A DNA stretch of 63,631 nucleotides, counting the filler, from Intoshia linei (lineage: Eukaryota; Animalia; Orthonectida), in NCBI GenBank assembly GCA_001642005.1. It is 4 parts of 4 records of this genome, joined end to end, with 100 filler letters (N's around TTAATTAATTAA, not from the genome) between each part and the next. Parts side by side here need not be neighbours in the genome. Positions count along the whole stretch, not along the records: positions 1 to 29,262 come from LWCA01000389.1; positions 29,363 to 58,466 come from LWCA01000393.1; 2 more parts are not named here. The stretch is one strand, 5' to 3'. Positions 19,001 through 31,201 of this stretch are shown piece by piece. A model generated the notes under the pieces. That model worked only from the letters and a program-made list of their open reading frames with translations. It was not told the origin of the DNA and did not search any database. Made by a program: the position numbers and the translations under genes. Within the stretch, counting starts at the first letter, position 1, and each line of letters starts with the position of its first letter.

Positions 19001-22000
19001 AAGGTCTAGTGGTTAATAAAAAAATTTTTATAAAAATCAAAGCCAAAAAATTGAAAAAATTTGTCTGGGAGTATATGGGTTAATTATAGAAATCTAAATA
19101 TACTATGCAAATAAATAAATGAACATAAAAATATTGGTAGAATTAAAATAGTGCTTGCAGATGATAACTGTACATTAAAACAGAAAAATGTTTTACGGTA
19201 ACTTTTTTTGAATATTTTATCAAAAATAAAAATGAAATGCTAATACAATTTTTAAATATGTGTGCAGTATCGCAAATTTGATATATAATATAAAAAAAGT
19301 TGGTGACTGCGAGAATGTAAATTTTAAAAGATTGTGGAAAATGGTGCACATGCTACTGAAAAGGTTAGGAACTCCGGTATATAGTAAAATAATAAAATGT
19401 AATGTGTTCTATAATAACTATCTAACAATTTATATTATTGCAGACCCTGTAATAAGAATGTCATATAGCATAGATTCTTTATTTCTATTTAACAACAGAA
19501 ATCTAAATATATTATGCAATTTTATTAATTTATAAAATCACTTCTCCAAACTGTAAATGAAAACACGATATAAATCAGATACTCAGGGAATCGAAAATTA
19601 TCTGGGTTGTATGAGAAATTATTTTAAAAATATAAATGTCTATCACAAGATATAATATTTTCTCATCAACTATCAAACAATACATATTATTGCAGACCCT
19701 TAAATAAGAAAATAATATAGCATAATTTATATTAATTTCATTATCAACAAAAGAAATGTAAACATATGCAGATGAAGTTTTGGTATGAGTACTGAAATCT
19801 ATTCAATTAAACTCAAATGTGTGGTGAAAACATTAATCACCTCAAAAATGTGTTCTGTATTGAATATCTAACAATATAACATTGCAGACCCTAAAATAAG
19901 AAGTTGTTCAGTATAGCATAGTTGATTTGTTATAATTACAGTATGAAATATAAACATTAAAAAATACTATGCAAATAATCAAATAGAATTTATAGCAATT
20001 GCATTGAAATGTTAAAATAAACATAAACAAACCTATTTTCACTAGGCATCGATTCAATACATTCTAAGCATTTATCATACATATACAATTTAATTAAACA
20101 TTCAAATCTCGTTTTCCACAAAAAGGTCTAAAATTTTAATAATTATTTTATCATTAAATTTACCAATTCATCATCAGAGAATTCACTCTCATGTTCCAAA
20201 GTTTTATCAGTTATACTCAATTGCAAAGAGTATTGTTTGTAATTATTTATTACTTTGATTAGCTAAAATATATTATAAAATAACCATAACAGATAAAACT
20301 ACAGTATATCAAAGATAGTCAAGTGACCCAAAAATTTAGAAAACACAAAATTTTTTATGTTCATTAAGGGAATTTTCACAAATTAAAAATATACGATTTT
20401 ATCCCACTCAAGATCAATAATCATCATTCCCAGGAAATTTTCCTTAAACTATGAGTCTTAGATCTTACCGTTCATATTTATCACTAAAAATAAAAGTATT
20501 TAATTATTTTTGACAAGAAATGTAAAAATTAAAAATAATGGATATAAAATACTAAAAATTACTTTAATGTTAAATTCAACTGGCGAGTCAATTTCCGTGG
20601 TTTTTTTCAATATATAATTGAGACAACTGCAATTCAAGTCACCTTTACTTATAGATGCCAAATAATCTTCGCATATCTCACTAAATTTGTTTTAAAATAA
20701 ATAAAATCATGGTTCCAAATTGTCATAATGACACTTGATAAAGTTAAACCCATTTCATCAAATTATTCACCTAAAAACATCCATAATATTTATAATAAAA
20801 AGAGTCGTTCTAGTAATTACAATATTTTGGGTTTTAAGTCAACTTAATCAACAATTATATATTCGTGAGCCCTAGTTTTCTAAAATATTCATTTTTCTTA
20901 ATTTTTGTAATTCCATTGAGGTTTATTAAATAAAATTATTATGTTTATTAAATCTTGAGTCAGAATTCCTGATAATATATAAAACATTTACAACAATACC
21001 ATAAATTACTTTCTGATACGAAGATAGTACACAGTAGGCCCGTTAATATTATTGGCAGGTAGAATTCAAGAGGTTAGTGAAAAAGTTAAAAATAATGAAT
21101 ATCATGGATGCTATCAACGACTATAATTTTTAAATTCTCACAATTTCTAATTCTAAACTAATAGCATATAATAAACATTAATTGATAGTTGTATAGTGAT
21201 TCCTAACACTAACTATCACGTAAATAATTCTCGTTCATAGGTTCCAATTGTGTGAACGATTCAAAAAGCCACAAAAAAACAAATTAGCAACTCATTAATA
21301 AAAAATTACCCTTCCACCATAAGAGATAATCCATAAAAAAGTATACAAGGTAGACTTAAATTAATCAAAAAATTTTTTAAAATTTTAGTTAACTTGATGA
21401 TACATTTCGTTTGTTTGAGCATGTATAAAGTTAAGTATAAAACTGTCATGGCTGTATCTCTAAAAGATCTAAAATTAATATATTTTAAATGAAAATTTTC
21501 GAAAATTACACGAATTTGAACATTCCAAAAATGGCAATACGATTATAATCCTTGAATGTGGGCCACTTTTCAAGGAATATATAGATATTGTTAAAACATA
21601 ACATTTGTAACATTGACATTTTTTCATCTAACAAATAAATATACAAATTGAGAAAATTTACCTGGGATGACTCGTCCGTATTTGATAAACTTTTCAGTTT
21701 TTAATAAAGGTTCCAAACAATTAAAATGTTGATTACTAGAAAATTATATGAATTTAAATGTATATTCTCACCCCTTAAGCTAGATTGTAATGTAAACCAG
21801 CGCTCTCAAAAAGTCATCGGAAATATAGGCGTTCGTAAATATTTGATTATAAAGTAGAGATTCTGATTAATGTAGAATCTACATTGTAGATGTTAAACAA
21901 TTTAAACTTATCGAGCCTTTTACAGAGTATATAGATCAGTGATTCCCAACCTTTTTTAATACATTACCCATATTATAGTACTTATTTCGATATTACCCAC

Positions 22001-25000
22001 TATATTTTTTTAACTGCATATTGGATGGTTTGGTTTTTAAAATAAAAGCCATATAGATTTTGTAATAATTTAATTAAAATTTTAAAACAACTAATTTTAC
22101 AAAATAGTAAAATAATTCCGTATTTTTTTGAAATTGTAAGAAGAATATTTAAATTTTTATTTTTAAAAAACAGGAGTAAATTTTGTTTTTGTCAATAAAG
22201 ATGCAAATTTCTTAACGTGAAATATATCTTACTCGCTGTACCAGAAATAAACTTGAATTTGTGTTTTTAACTTTCTGAGCCTGACGCGACATGTTAGCTT
22301 AAGATAAAATAAAAAACATTTTTAATTTTTTTCACATATAATAAAATGTTACTTTTTTGATAATAATAAAATAGTTTACTACTAAAAAAAAGTCGGTAAA
22401 TACCCACAGGTTGGGAATCACTGATATAGATGGTACGAGTTGTTATCAAATGACAAAATACATAATACTCGGAAATTCCGAGTCGGAATTATATAGGGTA
22501 AGAAATATATCAAAAAATTACACTTGATATTTGTTAAAAGTTTTCACATTTTCCATAGACAAAAATATAATTATTGCATATCTATAAATCAGAGAAACAA
22601 TTTTCTTTTGAAATTCCAAAATGTCTTCATATTTTAATTCGGCCTAGATTATTAAATAAATTACATCAGTGGCTCTCAAGTTGAGAGTCTCAACCTATTA
22701 GCCCTAGCCAATACTTTTTCTATGTTTAATGCAAATTTAAATTAGATATTCACAAATTTCGAAGTTTATCTGATTGTTTTTAATCCTTTTAAATTAGTGT
22801 ACCTCCTTTTTGGTAATTTAATAACTTAATAATTGCAGTATAACACGGATTTTGGCACCATTTTTGAACAGTGCCCCAAAAACTGAGAATAATGATAAAA
22901 TTCTGTTATCTATTAAATTAATTAAACAATAATAGATCAAATTAAGAAAGTTGATAATCATTCGTTGATGACGTACATCAAAAAAAATAATGCATTTATT
23001 TTAAAAATAAACTTTTATAGTATTGATAAATGTATAAATAAAATTGAACATTTGAGAAAGGCAAGAATATTCAAACAAGACAATAAAATCTTAGTACGGC
23101 CTAAGTCCTTATTAACGAAATTTTTGTTAGCGGAAAAATTTATACGGAATTTTGAATTATTTATTTTTTTTAACAAATTTGTATGTACTTAATATGGAGT
23201 CCTAATTATTCAAAAATTTAAAAAACTAATTATCAAATAATTCTAAAAAAAAGTGTATTGAACGTCTACACATTTCCAATATAGAAATATGGGTGAAAAA
23301 AGCTATATAATTCATTCCTTCGCAATTTTTAAATTCTCATTTTCAAAAAATTGTGAATAAAATTTAAATAAAAACTACAACGAAACACTAAAAGTAATAA
23401 AACTTTTATCATTTTTATATTTATTACAATCCTTTGCAATATTGGTAAAATTCGACTAAAATATGTTTATAAAGTGAAGATTCGGTTAATTATTAATACA
23501 TAATTGGTATTTTTAAGTATTTATGAAATTGGTACTGAATATATATCATCAGTGATGATTCATCACATTGAAAATGACAAAATAGGTTTTTATAATTTTA
23601 TTTTTTCTGAAATTTATGCATTTATGACAATTATTAGGATTGGACTGTTTCTACTATATTTTTAATATTATACACACATTCTGTCTAATAAATTAAAAAA
23701 ATAGGATAACAAGTTTTTAAAATTATTTAGGCAAATGTTAACAAACAAAAAATTAAGACTGAATAATTCACTTTAAAGTAAAAAGTAATGATATATAACT
23801 TCAATAATATATTTGTGAAATTTTTGAAAATCCGATTATTGTAAGCGATTAACCTGGTTTTCGATTTATCGGATATCATTCCCTAGTCCTTAAGCTCGCA
23901 TTGGCGTATTTTATTCAATTTATTCCACTATTTACAGTTTTTATTGTTCAAATATACATAATTTCGATTTACACATAGTTTTCCGCTTATTTAATTATTA
24001 TTTAAAATTATATTTATTAATTATCATTTAAGCCTCAATGCCTAATGAATATCCACATCTAACTTTTTTAACACTTAAAATTTAGTATAGTGACATATAT
24101 TGTCATTTCAGTAGCAAATTTTAAAAAACATCGGATTAAATCAATTATAATGATAGTTGGGAACTAATGGGTTAATGAAAGGAGTCCTAGACATTATATC
24201 TCATACATAATGTATATTAAACCTAGATTTAAAATTTTGAATTAAAGTGAAATATATCATCATCTGGGTGACAAAACTTAATACTAAAATGGGTAGCACT
24301 AGACTAGCTAAGAATCCTGATGTAAAATAAAATTATTACATTAAAAAGTAAATTCAAATATTACTTCAACTTGTATAGAAGATTTGACCAAAACTGCCAA
24401 ATAACAACCAATAGAACACGCTTTTTTATAAAAATCGTAAGCAATGTCAATAATTGAAGAACAAACATAATTCGACCATATGCGAGAAGGATAATTTTTA
24501 CTTACAGCTTGCTTTATTTGATTTGAAGGTTTCACTAAAATAAAATTATTGTTAAATTTACAAATAACCTAGTGTTACGCAAGAAGGTATATATTTTTAT
24601 GGTTAATAATAACAAAAATAAAATTAAAAATAATTGTAAACAAGAGTGGAAAAGAATTAAAGCAGGGCTTCTCAACGGTGGAAAAATCAACTCTTGGAAA
24701 CAATTCTCACCATAGTAAATTTTATCAATCTAAACCTATAAGTGATTTTGATTTTTAATTATGAAAGTGGCGATTCTAAAAAATATGTGTGAATTATGGT
24801 GTTAGGGGGCAAAACAAAAAAAATTGAGAACCCCTGAGTTAAAGTATATCGGGTAATTCCGAAATTTTTTTAATTTGTAACAAATCAAGAATGGGTTAAA
24901 TTTAAAATTACATGTATTTTCCAAAAAACTAACATCAATCGAATCAATAACATTACTGATAACTTTTTTGTAATTATCAACATTAGGAAAACATGAAACA

Positions 25001-26787
25001 ATATTAGTAACATTTATAGCTGGTACGCTATTTTCAAGAATATCATTTAAAATATCATCAAAAGAATCATTCCCATTTAACAATTTAATTAAAATTGAAT
25101 GAGCGTCAAATATTCCATCTATTCTTTGAAAAAAGAAATTTAAAAATTTAGCAACATTGAGATCATTTAAAATTTCAAAATCATGGATAATTGAAATATT
25201 GGGTCTTAAAAAGCTAATAGTAGTCTGTCGAATTATGACTCCCAAATTAATACCATGAAAACTACTAAAAGAAATTGGTGTTCTGCTTCTATTTTCATAT
25301 CTCAGACAGTCATTGTACATTTTTTGGTAATAAACCATTTCATTGTCAATATGGGAAATATCTGATTCATATTCAGCATAAACACTAGATTCTACATTCC
25401 GATTAATGTCTTTTCTAATAGATTCATCAACACAATGTCGTATTTGATTAGTACTCTGATTCATATCCAATTCTTCGGTATCCAAATTCAAATATGCCTT
25501 TTTGATAGAATTATTATTAAACATAAAGACATTGAATATACACTGATAGAAATCATTTGAATCTGAAACTGACTTGATGTGTACATTGTTTTTTAAACAA
25601 ATTTTGGACCAAACATTGGTCATTGAATTGCGTTCGATATAAATCAAATTTGGTGTCAATTCAATCGACGTACACAGTACCCAAATAAATTTTTCATCAA
25701 TATCACATTTTAAAATGCTAGCAATGTTTGGAATGCTATTTTCATAAATTAATTTTATATCAACTTTATAATCCAACCCCTGCATTTGAAAATATTCAAA
25801 ATATACAATGTAAATGAGTGACAATTTTTCATTATACGTATAAATAATAAAATGGTCTTTAAAAGACGAATCAGTGGATGAAAATAACTGAAATTTCAAT
25901 GGCGAATCAATGGTATCCACCGACTGTCCAATCAAGTCATAAAAATCAACCTTTTTAGCAATCAAATTATTTTTTAAATCCCACACGACAATGGACCCTT
26001 TAATCAAAATGATGATGAAATTATTATTTTCAAAATTTAACAATTCTATTTTTACATCATCTTTTGGTTCGACACAACTTGGAAATAATTTAAAAAAACT
26101 CCACAAATTTTGCGTATTTTCTTGGATAATAATCTTTCTAAAAGGTTGAATATTGTCGTGATAAATTTTTGAAACCAAAATTTGACCAAAATTATTGACT
26201 AAACCAACAATTACACTTTCATAGCTTTCACTGGGCTTACTCACAATACTTTTAATGTCATTACGAAAAACCACATCATGACTTTCGTAGTATGTAGTTT
26301 TGGTTAATTTTGAATTATTTTGAATGTCGTTATCAATTCCAATTAAAATTGATTCTACCGTTTCATTTTTTGAATTGAATAGTATTCTAAATACATGAAC
26401 AGCTCGAGTAGATATGACGACCAAATACACACAATTCTTAAATTCAAAAATATTGACATGAGTGATATTGACAGTGTTGGTAAACTCAATACTCAGAGAA
26501 TTGTCAGTCAAAATTCTGTTAAATGCAGTTTCCCAGATATTTAATACATTTCCATCAGTTCTCCAAATTATAAATCGTGTAAAGGCGTTGTGGTTGTATT
26601 GTTGAAAATTTTTGTAAAAAAATACGCTTCCCAGAATCATATTTTCAACATTTTTTTCGTTTATAATGTCTGTTTTAAATTAAAATTAAAACCTTGAAAT
26701 TTATATACCTAATGAAATTGTTACATTTCTTTCGGTTTCACAAAAATGGTTGCCAATTAAAATGTCTTTGTAAAAAATTTGGTCCAT
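13098..26787 (-). CDS. NUP160: Nuclear pore complex protein Nup160, multi-exon
   Basis: The N-terminus GSVFFY...TRFIIWRTDGNVLNIWETAFNRILTDNSLSIEF...VVISTRAVH matches the Nup160 beta-propeller start. Exon 1 ATG is at 26787 and the large exon ends at a donor at ~24912. Many small helical-region exons run down to ~13098. Assigning the 3' exons to the same gene and placing the 3' end are inferences. Confidence 0.75.
18245..19960 (+). repeat. Degenerate direct-repeat array (4 units), first unit interrupted by the piggyBac MITE
   Basis: The unit core CTAACAATxTATAxxATTGCAGACCCTAAAATAAGAA..ATAGCATAG recurs at ~18252, ~19422, ~19675 and ~19868. Confidence 0.6.
18324..19079. mobile_element. piggyBac-type MITE in a NUP160 intron
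   Basis: TTAA|CCCATATACTCCCAG ... CTGGGAGTATATGGG|TTAA: perfect 15-bp TIRs with TTAA TSD. Confidence 0.9.
21937..22423. mobile_element. hAT-type MITE with perfect 8-bp TSD
   Basis: TIRs CAGTGATTCCCAACCT...AGGTTGGGAATCACTG; TSD ATATAGAT on both sides. Confidence 0.9.
23260..23790 (+). repeat. Helitron-like repeat family copy (3' truncated)
   Basis: Closely similar to 51748-52325 (ACGTCTACACATTTCCA...AATAATTCACTTTAAAGTAAAAAGTAATG). Confidence 0.65.
24663..24836. mobile_element. Short hAT-type MITE
   Basis: TIRs CAGGGCTTCTCAA...TTGAGAACCCCTG; TSD AATTAAAG/AGTTAAAG (7/8). Confidence 0.75.
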
Positions 26788-27237
26788 TATCAAATTTTAT
26801 TTCAACGATAATATAATATATTATTTTTTAGAAATTTTGAATTTAAGTTTTAGTTTGTGAAATAAAATTATTTTCTCTTTGGTGAAATTTTAACATTTTC
26901 AAAGCTGTACTATAGTTTTTGTTGAAGTAGATAAATTTAACAAATAATGAAAACTTTCTGAATGCTTTATGTAATATTTTTTTATATATGCAAATTTTCA
27001 AGTTACTACTCAATGCAATTAAAATATCTGTAAATGACCACTTTATCATTTTTTAGTCGTCGGTGGCAAGATTTTAACGGATTTGTGGTATAGTATAATG
27101 ATGTATTAATAGAAGAATATGACCTATATTTCAGATTTTTTTTTTTAGATAAATTAAATTTCGGTTATAGTTTTATTCATTCATGCCTAATTTTTTTAAA
27201 TAATAATAAATCGGGCCTTTCGTAGTTTAGCACCACC

Positions 27238-27496
27238 CAGAGCAGAACCTACTCAACTCGATCCCACCGAAAATGAAAAATAGACCCTAAACGTTTTTTC
27301 ACAAAATAAGCAGTTTTATATAGCCCCTAACGACCTGTCTAAGGCTTTTTACTTATATTATAAATTCAACACACAAAATAGTTGATATTCAAGAATATAA
27401 TTTTTTTAATAATTAATTTGGAAAAATGATGCCCCATTTCACAAAAATTTCGTCGAGGCCCCAAATAGGAGTATCGATACGGAAAGTTCAGTACTG
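27238..27496. mobile_element. hAT-type MITE related to 57231-57499
   Basis: Imperfect TIRs CAGAGCAGAAC/GTTCAGTACTG and TSD GCACCACC/ACACCACC. Internal similarity to 57231-57499 (CCGAAAATGAAAA, AAAATAGTT.ATATTCAAGAATATA). Confidence 0.65.
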
Positions 27497-29069
27497 ACAC
27501 CACCTTCACATTTTCTTGTAATATTGACTCATCATGAGGCTCTCAAGACAAAAATTCTTTTAGTAAACCTGTAAATAAATATTTTATTTACCATATCAAC
27601 CATAGATAATGGATATACCTCTATTGCAACCTTATCGATTTAATGGTGAATTTTTCACGTTTAAAAACTATTTTTTTGAACATAAAAATAATATCAAATT
27701 CTATTTTTAAGTATGGGACTGTGATAAAATCCAAGAATTATGTATTGAAAATGGACTAATGACAACTTTAGTGAGATTTTAAGAAACTGGGCAATTTATG
27801 AGACTACACAACACGGGTAGCTATGCTGATTGCAAGATTTATGTGTTTTAACCCCTGTCACCAGAGAAGGTTTATAAGGTCAATATTTTTTTCACCGTTA
27901 TTTGAAAATGGGTTGATTGACACATATGCATAGACTAAAATCATGCATTAAAATAGATATGTAACATAGTTTTTAGGACGAAGGACGGTTTGAATGTTCC
28001 ATATATGAATAAAGAGCCGAAAATTATAAATATACCTAAGAGATTTTTTTCGAGGTCCCGCGTTCGCCTCTATAAATAAATTAGATACAGATAGAACAGT
28101 TTTTATTAACATCAGTATCATTGAAGTGACCAGAATTACGTTTTTAAGGCAACACCGAAATTATTAATTTAATTATTTGTTATTTTCGGATTCATATTTG
28201 ATTGAAAAAAATGTTGGGAAAGTGGATTTTTGAGTAACAATGCATTAGACCTTAGAGCAGGCATTACCAATGTGAGGCCTACAAAAAATTTGAAATAATA
28301 GATTGGATTAAAAATACATAAACATTTATTTATTATGTAGTAATTACATGTGCTCCCAAGCTTTAGACAAAAATTTAGCATAATTGAAGTTGATATTTTC
28401 TTTTTCAATTTATAAACGTGTTCGTGGGTTAATATTTACTATGCCTGGTTAAAATGGTGGTTTATATATTTGACTACAACTCACCGAAAAGAATTTTTGG
28501 TATGTGGTGGTAAACTACGAACAGCTTTTTACTTTTTATATAAATTGACTCATCATAACCAAAGGTGTTACCAGAAGTCGGGGATCATTAATTATTAGAG
28601 GGTCAAACGCATATAATCTATTTAAATTGGAATTTTTATATTATGTTTATTAGATATTTATATTTTTTTTCTAGTTTTCATTTGACAAAATTTTTCAATG
28701 TTGAACATTCAACTGTTGAGTTGTTTAACTGCATCAAAATCGACATTTTCAATAAGTGATAAAATGTTATATTAAGTTATATGATGAAATATATACGCTA
28801 TTGTAGACTGGTTAAAATTCTTACAGATGTGTATAAATTAATGAAACCAAAATTTTTTCAAAATGGTCCTATTACATTGTCTGACATTGAAAAATTGATC
28901 TCAGATAAAATTATATATTAATAATCCTTATTTTTTCACGGTTACTATGATATGCTTCGTATTAAATATACCGCTCGCAATCGGGAATAATTCCATTATT
29001 CCTTTTTACATAATATGATTATGTTGCCTATATTTACTAAATATACTTTTATTTATTTATTGTTTATTT

Positions 29070-29262
29070 TTGATAAAAATGAATTGTAATTATTTTAAAA
29101 AAAACACATTTTATCACATATGTGGTGTTTATTTAAAGTTAAAAAATAAAAAATACGAATTTTCTGAAAATTTGATGAACTTATACTATTCAAAATATGA
29201 ATGCATTATGGAATTAAATGATTGGACACCTTGCTTTATGTGTTCAAGCTGTCATGCGTCTT
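29070..29262 (+). mobile_element. Cys-rich N-terminal fragment of a DNA-transposon-associated protein, truncated by an assembly gap
   Basis: C....NTFYHICGVY...YYSKY...DWTPCFMCSSC resembles the C-x-FCYICG...W.PH..C..C N-terminus of widespread invertebrate transposon ORFs. The superfamily was not determined. Confidence 0.45.
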
Positions 29263-29362
29263 NNNNNNNNNNNNNNNNNNNNNNNNNNNNNNNNNNNNNN
29301 NNNNNNTTAATTAATTAANNNNNNNNNNNNNNNNNNNNNNNNNNNNNNNNNNNNNNNNNNNN
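29263..29362. other. Assembly gap spacer (N44-TTAATTAATTAA-N44)
   Basis: An identical 100-nt construct occurs at 58467-58566 and 62239-62338. The linker places stops in all six frames. Confidence 0.97.
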
Positions 29363-29710
29363 AATAGTTGAAATGATTTCTTTAATCGACCGAAGAACCT
29401 TTCAACGCAGCCACGCATTTGTCCCAACTGTTTTTGTTCATCTTTTTCAATGTTATTTACCAAAGATGTAGGACGTTTATTTCCATTTTGCGTATCCCCG
29501 ATGTGTCGCTTTCTGGTCCCAAATACCTAGCGTCCATCAACAACGCCCATCTATTGTCATTATCATCGGGCATTCTTTCAACATCTGTTTTTTTTAAATA
29601 ATCCAGGTATGTCAACACCCCAAATATCTTTTTCTTTAGTGCGTTTATATGGTTTTTACCGTCCCATAGACGTTTGGAATGTATTTCTATTCCACTTGGA
29701 CGATAGACCT
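29363..29710 (-). mobile_element. PIF/Harbinger (DDE_Tnp_4-type) transposase fragment
   Basis: Manual translation: VYRPSG...KRLWDGKNHINALKK, WALLMDARYLGP (D.GY.G motif) and, after a frameshift, RGCVERFFGRLKKSF. Confidence 0.8.
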
Positions 29711-29789
29711 ATATCTAATTAAATAAATATTAGGTCAATGAAAACCATCAATTAAGTCGAACAACTTGATGATAGAAAATGAGTTAAAA

Positions 29790-30170
29790 AAATAGTTTTT
29801 ACATATATTTAGATTTAAAAAATTGATTCTATCATGAATTTTTTCAATTTAGGGAAATATTTGTAATCTTTATTTTCTATATCACGATAGAATATTGATA
29901 GTTTACAGTCAAATGCCTTAATAATACTAAACATTACATTAAGTTTTCCTGTACCCTTGAAATTTACGATTAAGTTCATTTAAATGTAAGGAAAGGTAAG
30001 TAAAAAACATAAGACTGACAATCCAATCCTTATTATATAATTCAGAGTTATCTTTATATCTTAAAAATGTTTTAATTTCTGCAGCATTTTAAGCTTTTTA
30101 AGCATTCCACAAAACGCTTAAGAACTTTACCTCTACTGAGCCTTTGATATTGCTGTATATAATCAGTCTA
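29790..30170 (-). mobile_element. hAT (Buster/SPIN-like) transposase fragment
   Basis: Translation gives LSRGKVLKRFVECL and DWIVSLMFFTYLSLHLNELNRKFQG. Confidence 0.8.
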
Positions 30171-30174
30171 TTAC

Positions 30175-31199
30175 AACTGGATTCTACTTCCTTTAACATT
30201 AAAGTGATAACTACCGTCTACGGTACATTTAACAGCCTTTTTCAAAGCTAGTTCGTAATTATTATTGTGTTTATCGTCGATTTCAGATTTGAATATTTTC
30301 TTTAATCTTGACCCGTCCAACTTCTTTAACCATAGATATATACTTGTCTTTGATGGCATGATTGGTTTGAATTGGAATTCCATTGACGTTTGCCGATGTT
30401 CTGTATTTGCGTATTTTTCAAAAAATGCTTTGACGTATGAGTTCGTGAATATACGTGCAGGCCACTCATTTTACAATCTTGGTACGTTAAAGTTTCGTTT
30501 TTCTACCGCTTCCAGTAACATCTTTGTTGTACCCATCCTATTAGAGTATGCACCCGTACGCAAGATTGAATTAACGAAGGTCTCAACTGGTATTTTGCTG
30601 TGGATCAGTGAGTCAGGATTATATTTCAAGTTATATGCCGTTAATAATTCTACGTCGTTTGAAACTGTCATGTAATCGTTAAATTCATACGAGACGGTCG
30701 AGTCAATCATCACATAATTGTCATATACGCTTTGCAGTAAGCCGAGTCCACTCTGTATCCTCTGGTGTTTGTCTCGAATTCCCTGCGTGTGTAATTGTGA
30801 CCTTAAATAATCGAGTCTCTGGTGTAGTCTATTTCAAAAAACGCTATCTTGACGTCTGTTAGATTGATTTTTTTGGGATTAACAAGTTCGTATTTCGGTG
30901 CTGAAGTAATCAGCTGACCTTCTTCAGGACAATAAAGTGCTTGAGGTTATTTGTCGTCGTTTAATCTGTACCCCACCTCTTTGTTGGTCATATCGATATT
31001 AGTTTCGTCAAAAATGTGCAAACATACAGTTGTATCGCTTTCTTTGATAGTACAGACGGTTACATGAGTTGCATTATTTTTATATTTGAAATGAACATCG
31101 TTCGGGCAAAAATTGTCTGAAATTTTATTGTGTTCGTTAGTATTAAAATTCTGCCTTTGTTTAAAAATTTGCATGGCTTGTGTTAATATCTTTTTGTTA
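30175..31199 (-). pseudogene. Endogenous viral element: virga-like (Martellivirales, alpha-like) RdRp N-terminal fragment
   Basis: LQSVYDNYVMIDSTVSYEFNDYMTVSNDVEL, LRTGAYSNRMGTTKMLLEAVEKRNFNVPRL*, VKAFFEKY, SKTSIYLWLKK and TVDGSYHFNVK are collinear with tobamovirus-type RdRp (MQFYYDKCLPGNST..., LRTA..PR..GLLENLVAMIKRNFNAPEL, VDKFFDSY, VDQYRHMIK). The ORFs at 30471 and 30171 are in the same frame across one stop. 30740-31199 is less certain. Confidence 0.82.
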
Positions 31200-31201
31200 T
31201 A

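Noticed and set aside
18245-19960. Spaced direct repeats resembling a CRISPR array
   Set aside because: The units are long and degenerate with irregular spacing, lie in a eukaryotic intron, and have no cas genes nearby.
24802-24911. C-terminal tail of the 612-aa ORF
   Set aside because: It reads through a splice donor at ~24911 into intron and MITE sequence; the ORF is an internal NUP160 exon, not a standalone gene.
29307-29318. Perfect palindrome TTAATTAATTAA flanked by N runs (three occurrences)
   Set aside because: It is an identical 100-nt artificial scaffolding spacer, not biology; the ORFs ending in it (29070, 58281) are artefactually terminated.
30265-30675. 136-aa plus-strand ORF
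   Set aside because: It is the antisense shadow of the virga-like RdRp fragment, with no independent motif.
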